Positions 1 to 8,542 of a DNA stretch of 64,000 nucleotides are shown here, piece by piece. The DNA is from a virus. Position numbers and translations under genes: made by a program. Each line of letters opens with the position of its first letter. Position 1 is the first letter of the stretch. The stretch is taken from IMG/VR virus record IMGVR_UViG_3300017917_003379; one strand, written 5' to 3'. The notes beneath the pieces are model-generated. The model saw only the letters and a program-made list of their open reading frames with translations, did not search any database and had not been told where the DNA came from.

Positions 1-1481
1 TATGGTTATGGATTCGAAATATGTGTAAATATGGTGATTTTTATTTACACCTTGAAATTGCTGAAAAATTTGGTGTTTACAATGTAACACCATTATCTGT
101 TTATGATATGGTACGTGAGGAAGGTGTAGATCCTCAAAATCCATCCTATGTGTGTTTTAGAATTGATCCTATGGTTATTGCAGCTGGTGGTATTAATTCA
201 CGTGTTAAGGATAGAGATGGTAAAATTAAATTTGAAAACTACGAGATAGCTCATTTTAGATTATTAACTGATGCTAACTATCTTCCTTATGGTAGATCAT
301 ATATTGAACCTGCTCGTAAATCATACAAACAATATGTATTAATGAAAGATGCTATGTTATTACATCGCATCACTCGCGCCCCAGAAAAACGTATTTTCTA
401 CGTTGATATTGGAAATTTACCACCTAATGAGGTTGATGGATATATGGAAAGTTTAAAGCAAAAAATGCAAAAAACACCATTCATTGATCGCAATACAGGT
501 GAATATAATCTTCGTTATAACATGATGAATGTTATGGAAGACTTCTATATTCCACAACGTGGTGCTAACAGCAACACTAAAATAGACACATTAAAAGGTT
601 TAGAATATAACGCTATTGATGATGTAAACTTTTTACGTGATGAAATGTTAGCTGCTCTTAAAGTACCTAAAGCATTCTTTGGTTTTGAAAAAGACTTGAC
701 TGGTAAGGCTACTTTAGCAGCTGAAGATATTCGTTTTGCTCGTACAGTAGAACGTATACAACGTATTGTTTTATCTGAACTATATAAAATAGCTTTAGTA
801 CATTTATATACACAAGGATATGATGGTGTTTCATTAAGTAATTTTGAATTACATTTAACAACTCCTTCTATCATATATGAACAAGAAAAAATAGCATTAT
901 GGAAAGAAAAAATAGGATTAGCTAAAGATATCCAAGATTCTAAATTACTTCCTTCAGATTGGATTTATGATAATGTATTCCAATTTAGTGAAGATCAATA
1001 TGATGAATATCGTGACTTAATTATCGAAGACATGAAACGTACCTTCCGTTTATCTCAAATTGAAAACGAAGGTAATGACCCAGCTAAATCTGGTAAATCT
1101 TATGGTACACCTCATGATTTAGCCTCATTGTATGGTAAAGGTAGAATGGGTACAGGTGAAATGGGAATTGTACCTCCAGGATATGATGAAAAAAATCCTG
1201 TTGGACGTCCTAAAGAAAAAACATCCATTATGGGTACACAACGTGACCCATTAGGTAAAGATAGATTAGGTAGTAATGAAATGGGTGCTTTATACACAGC
1301 TAATATTCCTGGTAAAGGAGAAGAAAATGGTACACCAAAAGGAGGTTCACCTTTAGCATTAGCTGAATCTTTAAAATATAAAAATTTACTTAAAGAAATA
1401 CGTACAGATATGGAAAAAAAACAAAACGTATTTGAACAGGAATCTTCATTATTAGACGAAAAAAATATTAAGAACATATAA
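1..1481 (+). CDS. Portal protein (T4 gp20-like), 5'-truncated by the window edge
   Basis: Frame is open from the window start. Motifs YGDFYLHLE, LPYGRSYIEPARK, RAPEKRIFYVDIGNLP, EDFYIPQRG, ALKVPKAF and EDIRFARTVERIQ match gp20-type portals. First gene of the head module. Confidence 0.92.
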   Translation, partial: WLWIRNMCKYGDFYLHLEIAEKFGVYNVTPLSVYDMVREEGVDPQNPSYVCFRIDPMVIAAGGINSRVKDRDGKIKFENYEIAHFRLLTDANYLPYGRSYIEPARKSYKQYVLMKDAMLLHRITRAPEKRIFYVDIGNLPPNEVDGYMESLKQKMQKTPFIDRNTGEYNLRYNMMNVMEDFYIPQRGANSNTKIDTLKGLEYNAIDDVNFLRDEMLAALKVPKAFFGFEKDLTGKATLAAEDIRFARTVERIQRIVLSELYKIALVHLYTQGYDGVSLSNFELHLTTPSIIYEQEKIALWKEKIGLAKDIQDSKLLPSDWIYDNVFQFSEDQYDEYRDLIIEDMKRTFRLSQIENEGNDPAKSGKSYGTPHDLASLYGKGRMGTGEMGIVPPGYDEKNPVGRPKEKTSIMGTQRDPLGKDRLGSNEMGALYTANIPGKGEENGTPKGGSPLALAESLKYKNLLKEIRTDMEKKQNVFEQESSLLDEKNIKNI

Positions 1482-1488
1482 TAACTAC

Positions 1489-1496
1489 ATATTTAT
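1489..1496 (+). promoter_or_regulatory. ATATTTAT putative late-promoter motif (first of about 22 gene-proximal copies)
   Basis: Same 8-mer lies just upstream of starts at 1489, 6225, 7298, 10865, 11722, 12416, 16861, 19489, 20342, 22563, 23210, 24271, 26515, 39467, 42242, 50508, 53793, 57813 and a few others, mostly virion genes. Confidence 0.65.
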
Positions 1497-1517
1497 CGGT
1501 AGTGTATACTCATTCAT

Positions 1518-2369
1518 ATGAAAATCAAACATTCAAAATTCAAAAATACCGGTATATTATTTGAATTACTAGTACGCCAGATAGCATCGGATACTATATC
1601 CGGTAAAGATTCTGCTGCTATTAACTTAGTTAGAAAATATTTTTCTAAATCTGAATTAACTAAAGAACATAAGCTATATCAAGCTTTAATTAATACTAAA
1701 GTATTAACTGAAAGTAAAGCAGAATCGTTAATTAATGCAACTTTAGAAATATCTTCTAGATTAAATCGTACTACTCTTCGTAAAGAAAAATACAATTTGA
1801 TTAAAGATATTCGTGAAGCGTATGATATAGAAGAGTTTTTCAAAGCTAAAATTAACAATTATACACAATATGCGGCTGCATATAATTTAATTGAAACTCA
1901 TAATTCAACAGAATTTATTGATCCTTCTAATGTTATTGAAAATAAAATAACTTTACTTGAACATATTACTCGTAAAGAATTAAATAGAGATAATATTAAA
2001 GATCGTGTATTAGAAGAATATGCTAGAATGGATAAAGGTACTCGTATTTTAGCATATAAAATATTGCTTGAAAAGTTCAATGAAAAGTATGGTAATATGT
2101 CATCTGCTCAAAAAACAGTACTAAAAGAATATATTAACAATATATCTAATACAGTTAAATTACGTGAATTTGTTAACACTAACTATCTCAGTATTAAAAA
2201 ACGTTTAGTAGAATTAAACAAATCAGTAACAGATAAAACTACTCAAATTAAAATAAATGAAGTAATAAATTTGTTAAAACCATTGGATAAAAACCAAAAC
2301 GTAAAGGACGACAATATTATAGCTTTACTTCAATTTCATCAGTTAATTGACGAATTAAACGCAGTATAA
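1518..2369 (+). CDS. Head-module hypothetical protein
   Basis: 283-aa helical ORF directly after portal with its own ATATTTAT motif. No catalytic motif recognised. Confidence 0.6.
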   Translation: MKIKHSKFKNTGILFELLVRQIASDTISGKDSAAINLVRKYFSKSELTKEHKLYQALINTKVLTESKAESLINATLEISSRLNRTTLRKEKYNLIKDIREAYDIEEFFKAKINNYTQYAAAYNLIETHNSTEFIDPSNVIENKITLLEHITRKELNRDNIKDRVLEEYARMDKGTRILAYKILLEKFNEKYGNMSSAQKTVLKEYINNISNTVKLREFVNTNYLSIKKRLVELNKSVTDKTTQIKINEVINLLKPLDKNQNVKDDNIIALLQFHQLIDELNAV

Positions 2370-3064
2370 TGGGAAATTTGAAAGAATATATAAAATCATT
2401 AGTACGCAAAGAGTTAGAAGAACAATCTGCTACTGGTGCTATTGGTGTAGGTGCTGGTCCAATACAAACTCCAAAAGCTTTTGCTCCTAAAGGACAAAAG
2501 AAAAACAAAGCAACAAAATATGCTGAAAAAGAAGGATGGAAAGTAACTAAAGGTGAAACCACAATGCCTTCTGATTCTAAAGTAAGAGATTATAAATCAC
2601 TTTGGCCTTCTGCTAAAAAGAAAAAAGTAAAAATTTATAATGAGCGTAGTAACTATGACCAAGCATCAAAATATGGTGCTGCTAGTGGATATACTGCTGC
2701 TAGTGGTTATACTGGTCCTAGTTTAGCTACTAAAGGTGGTGGATATTATGCAAGTGCTATAAAAGAAAATAATATGAATTTAAATAATATTGTTAAACAA
2801 GAATTACTTAACGAAGTAACATACAACAAGTTCAAAAACGAAGTTAAATATAGAACTAAAGCTGAACAACTTCATAAAGCAATTCGTGAAGTAAAACGTA
2901 AACTACAAGAAATAGATCGTATTGTTGAATACACACAACGTATGAAACAAGAATTAAGTGAAGGTGAAGGTATCCAATATTGGAACCGCACAAATAAAGC
3001 AGTAGCTACTATTTCAGAAATGGTAAATCATTTAAATAATAAAATTAAAAATTTAAATCAATAA
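2369..3064 (+). CDS. Putative prohead core/internal protein
   Basis: Coupled to the previous ORF (TAATG). Leader LKEYIKSLVRKELEE, several (L/I)xE sites and a C-terminal coiled coil. Confidence 0.5.
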   Translation: MGNLKEYIKSLVRKELEEQSATGAIGVGAGPIQTPKAFAPKGQKKNKATKYAEKEGWKVTKGETTMPSDSKVRDYKSLWPSAKKKKVKIYNERSNYDQASKYGAASGYTAASGYTGPSLATKGGGYYASAIKENNMNLNNIVKQELLNEVTYNKFKNEVKYRTKAEQLHKAIREVKRKLQEIDRIVEYTQRMKQELSEGEGIQYWNRTNKAVATISEMVNHLNNKIKNLNQ

Positions 3065-3192
3065 TGGCTAAAGCAAGAGGTTCAAACGATGTTAAAAAAG
3101 TAACATTCGGTTCTCGTAAAAAAGGAAGTGCAAAAAAATCATATAATAAACATACACCTCGTCCTAAAAAATATCGTGGACAAGGTAGATAA
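3064..3192 (+). CDS. Small basic protein ending KKYRGQGR (42 aa, not in the ORF track)
   Basis: Read manually: MAKARGSNDVKKVTFGSRKKGSAKKSYNKHTPRPKKYRGQGR. TAATG coupling to the upstream ORF. Confidence 0.7.
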   Translation: MAKARGSNDVKKVTFGSRKKGSAKKSYNKHTPRPKKYRGQGR

Positions 3193-3204
3193 AAATATAT
3201 AATA

Positions 3205-3669
3205 ATGACTGTTAAAGATCTACGTATATTAGTTAAAGAAGTATTAAAAGAAACAAAAACTTTAGGTGAAATAAGAATATCTCAACCTACTAAAAAACCC
3301 TATGATCAAGTAATAGATATATCTTTAGAATATACAGGATGTAGTGAATATGGTGTTTTAATTGATGGTATGAAAAATAATGAAAACATAAGTGTACATA
3401 TATGCCTTGATGTTGAAGAATACTGGGAACCTGCTGAACCTCAAACACTATACTCACCCGGCACTGCAGGTGGTTTAACAGAATTAGAATTGGATATAAT
3501 TAATGGCACTATATATAATGAAACTAATACTCTTGACAGAACTTTAACTTCAGGAGAAATTGTAGCAATTAAAAGAGATAAAGCAGTAATGGATCATATT
3601 TATCAACTTCTATTTGATGAAATATCAAATCGACCACAAGATGAACCTTATGATCCTTATGATTATTAA
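3205..3669 (+). CDS. Putative internal head protein
   Basis: Leader MTVKDLRILVKEVLKE followed by an acidic domain. Lies in the head module. Confidence 0.45.
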   Translation: MTVKDLRILVKEVLKETKTLGEIRISQPTKKPYDQVIDISLEYTGCSEYGVLIDGMKNNENISVHICLDVEEYWEPAEPQTLYSPGTAGGLTELELDIINGTIYNETNTLDRTLTSGEIVAIKRDKAVMDHIYQLLFDEISNRPQDEPYDPYDY

Positions 3670-3712
3670 ATATAATAAAAACATAATAACGTTAGACAAT
3701 AAATAAAATAAA

Positions 3713-4831
3713 ATGAAAAGCATTAAACAACAGTATATAGATTTAAAAGAAGGTAAAATGTCACAAGCAAACTTTATGCGTAATTTACGCATGACTTTAC
3801 CTCAATATGTAACTAACGTAACTTCATATAATGATGCTGTTAAAATTCTTCGCAACAAAGGTATTTTAAATGAAAGTCTTATTAAGCAACTAGAACAAGG
3901 TATTGAAGTAGAAAAAGAACACACTAGTGATGAAATTAAAGCTGCTGAAATTGCTTTAGATCATTTAAAAGAAAAACCTGACTATTATACTAAATTAAAA
4001 AAAGCCGGTTTAGAAGAAAATAAAAATTGGACTAACGCTAGCGGAAAAGAATTATATAGTCAATTTAAAGAAATTGATAACCTAAATAGCCAAGAAGTAT
4101 TAATTGGTATTGATTTTGAAATTGAACAAAATCATGAGTTATCTAAAGAAGAAGCTGTTAAGATTGTTATTAAAAATTTAAAGAAAAACCCATACTATTA
4201 TACTACTAGTTTAATGGCTGGTAAAAAATTTGAAGAAATACCCACTATTGGAAAATTAACACCTGGTTCTGATAAAATGAAAGAATTTAAAGGTGAAAAC
4301 GATGCTATTGATAAGGACAACATGATGAAACCTGTTAAAGGTATTGATAAACCTAAAAAAGACTCTGATAAAGGTGGTGAAAAAAATAAAATGGTTAAAA
4401 ATGTTTCTTCTATGTCTTTAGTTGCTAAAACATCTCGTGGTGTGCAAAAAATGGCTGCTACTGGTGAAAAAATGAAAACTATCAGAGAAGCAGAAGAAAA
4501 GAAAAATACAGATACATCTTCTAATACAAAAAGTGTACCTAGTACTATTTTTAGCAAAAATGCTAAGTTAAGTGCTAGTATTAGTAAATTAATGGATAAA
4601 GATCCAAATGCTGTTAGTAAACAAAATAGACTTAAAGATATCATTCGTGAATTAATTAAGCAAGAAATGTATGATGGAATGGAACCAATGAGCCGTAAAG
4701 AATTAGATGAAACTGATATATATGGTATTGCTGGTAATCCTGAAAAAGAAAAAGAAGCACGTCTTGCCTCTATAAAAAAATCTAAACCCTCTACAACAAC
4801 AACTAAAAGTACAAAAAAGCCTAAAAAATGA
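3713..4831 (+). CDS. Putative prohead core/internal protein with two DUF5661-like repeats
   Basis: GIEVEKEHT..AAEIALDHLKEKPDYYTKL plus a second degenerate copy. Many (L/I)xE sites. ATGA overlap with the protease gene. Confidence 0.5.
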   Translation: MKSIKQQYIDLKEGKMSQANFMRNLRMTLPQYVTNVTSYNDAVKILRNKGILNESLIKQLEQGIEVEKEHTSDEIKAAEIALDHLKEKPDYYTKLKKAGLEENKNWTNASGKELYSQFKEIDNLNSQEVLIGIDFEIEQNHELSKEEAVKIVIKNLKKNPYYYTTSLMAGKKFEEIPTIGKLTPGSDKMKEFKGENDAIDKDNMMKPVKGIDKPKKDSDKGGEKNKMVKNVSSMSLVAKTSRGVQKMAATGEKMKTIREAEEKKNTDTSSNTKSVPSTIFSKNAKLSASISKLMDKDPNAVSKQNRLKDIIRELIKQEMYDGMEPMSRKELDETDIYGIAGNPEKEKEARLASIKKSKPSTTTTKSTKKPKK

Positions 4832-5442
4832 AACAGCTTTTAATAGAACATATTCCCTTTAGTATAGCTAAACTTACTCTTACTGAAAGTAAGGGTGGTA
4901 GAATGGTATTAGAAGGTAAACTGCAAGAAGCCGAACAAAAAAATGGTAACGGCCGTGTTTATCCTAGAGAAGTATTACAACGCGAAGTAGAAAAATATAT
5001 TAAAGGGCCTATATCCCAAAACAATGCCCTAGGTGAACTAGACCATCCAGAATCATCTGTAATTAATTTATCTAACGTTTCTCATAATATTAAAAAAGTA
5101 TGGTGGGATGATAATAATTTAATGGGTCGTTTAGAATTACTTAACACACCTTCTGGTAAAATTGCTATGGAATTAGTAAGCGCTGGTATTCCTTTAGGAA
5201 TATCATCTCGCGGTATGGGTAGCGTTAAGCAGCTAGGTGAAACAGTTGAAGTACAAGATGACTTTGAATTATTATGTTGGGATCTGGTATCTATACCCAG
5301 CACACCAAATGCTTACATGCAACCTGTTGGTTCATTAAAAGAAGGCAAACAATTTAATACTATTACTAAAGACTATAGCAGAGTAAATTCACTTATTACA
5401 GAAATTATTTGCAGTCAAACTGGTATTTGTCCTTTATGTTAA
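4828..5442 (+). CDS. Prohead maturation protease (T4 gp21-like)
   Basis: NGNGRVYPREVL, GELDHP (His), GISSRGMGS (Ser), WDLVSIPSTPNA (Asp). Confidence 0.92.
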   Translation: MKQLLIEHIPFSIAKLTLTESKGGRMVLEGKLQEAEQKNGNGRVYPREVLQREVEKYIKGPISQNNALGELDHPESSVINLSNVSHNIKKVWWDDNNLMGRLELLNTPSGKIAMELVSAGIPLGISSRGMGSVKQLGETVEVQDDFELLCWDLVSIPSTPNAYMQPVGSLKEGKQFNTITKDYSRVNSLITEIICSQTGICPLC

Positions 5443-5512
5443 TGTAAAGACTTTGAAATATTTTATTGGCTTTTACTTCTATCATATATCTTATTAGGAA
5501 ATAGATCACATT

Positions 5513-6196
5513 GTGACACTACAGCAAATAAAACAGTTTTATAAAGCATATAAGCAACAAGTTCTTGATGAAATGCAAGAATACTATGATGCTCCTCTAC
5601 AACATATAGAAAGGATAGAATATAATAAGTGGATAGCCTATGAAAATAATATAAAAGTTAATTTTGTATTTATGCGGCGTTTTGGTAATGATTTATATAA
5701 GCTACCTAATATAATCGATAAAAATCAAATAAAAGAGTATTATGAACGTTCATGGAGTTGGGACGAAACAACTCCCGAAAATGAACGAAACGCTAAAAAT
5801 TTCCTTAGAGTAATAGGTACTAGTTTTAAAATAACCCAACAATTTTTTCAAGATAAACCTAACTGTAAAATTTTACTATTTACCTCATTAACAAAAGGCC
5901 ATAATAGTATATATAGCAATCCATCTAGATATAGCAAAAAACTAATATCAATATTAGGAGACCAATATCATTATATATCAGACCCAGATAACTTTAGGTA
6001 CTGGATTATAAATAAAGATGTAATAAACTATAAAAACCAAAATCATATAAATATACGAATGGAAATGTTAGGAGAAAATATGGATGAAGCTATCAAATAT
6101 TGGTATTATCCTCTAAAATATTCCTCAACTTCTTTAAATGTAAAAATTAAAGCTAAAATAAAGCAAAAAATATTAAGAGAAATATACATAAAATAA
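5513..6196 (+). CDS. Hypothetical protein, possibly related to the 10338 and 39496 products
   Basis: 227-aa ORF with a GTG start. Segment FLRVIGTSFKITQQFF..ILLFTS has a similar pattern to the other two. Confidence 0.5.
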   Translation: MTLQQIKQFYKAYKQQVLDEMQEYYDAPLQHIERIEYNKWIAYENNIKVNFVFMRRFGNDLYKLPNIIDKNQIKEYYERSWSWDETTPENERNAKNFLRVIGTSFKITQQFFQDKPNCKILLFTSLTKGHNSIYSNPSRYSKKLISILGDQYHYISDPDNFRYWIINKDVINYKNQNHINIRMEMLGENMDEAIKYWYYPLKYSSTSLNVKIKAKIKQKILREIYIK

Positions 6197-6255
6197 AATT
6201 AATCGCGATTTTTAATATTTACATATATTTATATCAAACATATCAAAAAAATAAA

Positions 6256-6672
6256 ATGGCCCAATTAATTAACGAAGCAAAAAGAATGCAATTTTTAGCT
6301 GGAATTATTACTGAATCTCAAATAAATGAATTAAATGAACCTGAAAAGGAACTAGTTGATGTTATTTTAGGTGAAGGTATTAATGAAGGAAAATTTAATC
6401 CTAAAGAAATATTAGCTAAATTAATAGCTGTAGCTAAAAAAGGTTTACTTACTGCTACTATTTTATCTACTGTTTTAGCATCTTGTAATTTTGGTCCATC
6501 TGTTGATGAAACTATTAAGAATAGAGTAGAACAACATAAAATTATAAATAGTATGGAATTAGACCAATGGAAAAGAGATGAAACTTTTAAAAATAAAATG
6601 GATAGCCTTAAACAAGATTTAAAAGCAATTGAATATCAATCTGGACTTTCTAATCCTAAAAATCCTTTCTAA
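6256..6672 (+). CDS. Putative head-packaged protein with internal lipoprotein signal
   Basis: Leader LINEAKRMQFLAGIITE. Internal KKGLLTATILSTV-LASC lipobox-like segment. Confidence 0.55.
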   Translation: MAQLINEAKRMQFLAGIITESQINELNEPEKELVDVILGEGINEGKFNPKEILAKLIAVAKKGLLTATILSTVLASCNFGPSVDETIKNRVEQHKIINSMELDQWKRDETFKNKMDSLKQDLKAIEYQSGLSNPKNPF

Positions 6673-6674
6673 GT

Positions 6675-7268
6675 ATGTTAATAAAAGAAGCAAAACGATT
6701 ACAACAATTAGCTGGTATCATTACTGAAGCTGAGCAAGTTGATAGTGCTGAACAAGCCGCTGAAAAAGGATTAATAGATTTTTTAGGAGACATTAAATCA
6801 GCAGCATCAACTATCAAACCATCTCCTAAAGATGGAAAAATACAAGAAGGACTTTTAACATTATTTGCCATCACTGCTGGTGCTCCAGGTTTATTAAATT
6901 TACTAGGTAAAGGAGCTGATTTAATAGGTCAATATTTTTCACAAGGTAATGTAACTTCTACTAAAGTAGGAGCAGCTTTACAAAAAGCAGGACATAGCTT
7001 AGAACATAAGTATATTGAAGCAATTGCCTTTCTATTAAAAAAAGCATATCCTAAAGATTATGGAAATCAAGATCCATTTGATAAATCATCTCCATTACAC
7101 GATACAGCTCATGGAATTTATGCTGCTATACTAGCAGCGGCCGCTGTGGGATCAGGAATAGAAGCAACTAATGCTGTTAATTTAATTGTAAAAGGATTAG
7201 AAGGAGGAGCAGCAGCTTTTAAAACAGCTGAAGTTGTACAATTAGTACAAAAAATAACAACCGTTTAA
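6675..7268 (+). CDS. Putative head-packaged membrane-interacting protein
   Basis: Leader LIKEAKRLQQLAGIITE. Gly/Ala-rich hydrophobic helices. Confidence 0.5.
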   Translation: MLIKEAKRLQQLAGIITEAEQVDSAEQAAEKGLIDFLGDIKSAASTIKPSPKDGKIQEGLLTLFAITAGAPGLLNLLGKGADLIGQYFSQGNVTSTKVGAALQKAGHSLEHKYIEAIAFLLKKAYPKDYGNQDPFDKSSPLHDTAHGIYAAILAAAAVGSGIEATNAVNLIVKGLEGGAAAFKTAEVVQLVQKITTV

Positions 7269-7425
7269 AAATTAATCGCGGTTTTTAATATTTACATATA
7301 TTTATAGGTAGCCTACAATAGCTACCTATTTTTATTTATGGTAGTTTGGTAACACAATAACCCCCATTAAGCTTCCCCTACAATAAGCTTATTTCCAAAA
7401 AACAAATTTAAGGAGAAAAAAACAA

Positions 7426-8505
7426 ATGAGTAACAAAAACTTATTCAAAGAGGCTATCGCCGACGCCAAAGCCGTTCGCGAAGCAGCGTTAGCAAACGCA
7501 AAAGCCGCTCTTGAAGAAGCTTTAACTCCCAAACTTCAGTCTATGTTAGCTGCAAAGCTTAATGAAATGGCTGATGAAGAAGAGCTTGAAGAAGCAAGAG
7601 ACGACGAAAATGAAATGGAAGAAGGAATGCATCCTGACATTACCGGAGACACTATTCAAGACAAATACCGTGCAACTGGTGCTGCTCTTGAAGAAATGGG
7701 GATGGATATGGAAATAGATGAAGAAGACTTCGACTTATCTGAAATTTTAGCTGAACTTGAAGATGAAGAAGAAATTGAAGAAGATTTTGATTTATCTGAA
7801 ATCTTAGCTGAATTGAAAGAAGAAAAAGAAGAAGAGGAAGAGGAAGAAGAGGAAGAAGAAGAGAAAGAAGAGGAAGATGAAGAATTAGAGATCAAAGACA
7901 TGAGTGTTGAAGATCTTAAAGATCTTATCCGCGACATCGTATCCCAAGAAATGGAAGAAGAAGCTCCTGCTGGTGAAATGGAAGCTGAACCTTCTATGGA
8001 AATGGGTGGTGAAGAAATGACTAGCGATGATGAAGATGAGATTGATTTAGAAGAACTTTTAGCTGAATTAGATTCTTTAGACGGAACATCCGAGCTTGAA
8101 GAAGCTAAGAAGAAAAAAGCTAAGCAAGATGAAAAAGCTAAAAAAGAAAAAGAAAAAGAACTTGCTGAGGCTATTAGAACTATTAACACCCTTCGTAAAG
8201 AATTAAACGAAGTTAACTTATTAAATGCTAAGTTAATTTATGTTAACAAAATCTTTAAAGCTAAGAATTTAACTGAATCACAAAAAGTAAAAGTAATTTC
8301 TTCGTTTGACCAAGCAACAACTGTAAAAGAAGCTAAAGTTGTATTTGAATCCTTAAATATGGCTTTAACAACAGCTCCTGCCAAAAAGCAAATTAAAGAA
8401 TCTTTAGGATTTGCTTCTAAAGCTGCTGGTGTAGCTCCTAAAAAAGTAATTGTTGAGTCTAATGACGTAATTGCTCGTATGCAAAAACTTGCAAACATTA
8501 AATAA
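7426..8505 (+). CDS. Prohead scaffold protein (T4 gp22-like)
   Basis: Very acidic coiled coil between protease and capsid genes. Many LxE sites. C-terminus RMQKLANIK. Confidence 0.8.
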   Translation: MSNKNLFKEAIADAKAVREAALANAKAALEEALTPKLQSMLAAKLNEMADEEELEEARDDENEMEEGMHPDITGDTIQDKYRATGAALEEMGMDMEIDEEDFDLSEILAELEDEEEIEEDFDLSEILAELKEEKEEEEEEEEEEEEKEEEDEELEIKDMSVEDLKDLIRDIVSQEMEEEAPAGEMEAEPSMEMGGEEMTSDDEDEIDLEELLAELDSLDGTSELEEAKKKKAKQDEKAKKEKEKELAEAIRTINTLRKELNEVNLLNAKLIYVNKIFKAKNLTESQKVKVISSFDQATTVKEAKVVFESLNMALTTAPAKKQIKESLGFASKAAGVAPKKVIVESNDVIARMQKLANIK

Positions 8506-8542
8506 CCAAAACAATTAAAACAAAAACAAAAATTTAAACAAA

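Larger units (their letters stand above)
6195..7306 (+). repeat. 39-bp direct repeat (6195-6233 and 7268-7306) flanking a two-gene insert
   Basis: aaaattaatcgcg[a/g]tttttaatatttacatatatttata, one mismatch. Each copy contains the ATATTTAT motif. Confidence 0.9.

Noticed and set aside
7720-7890. CRISPR-like or satellite repeat in the GAA-rich region
   Set aside because: It encodes the poly-Glu tract and a duplicated EEDFDLSEILAEL of the scaffold. There is no repeat-spacer structure.
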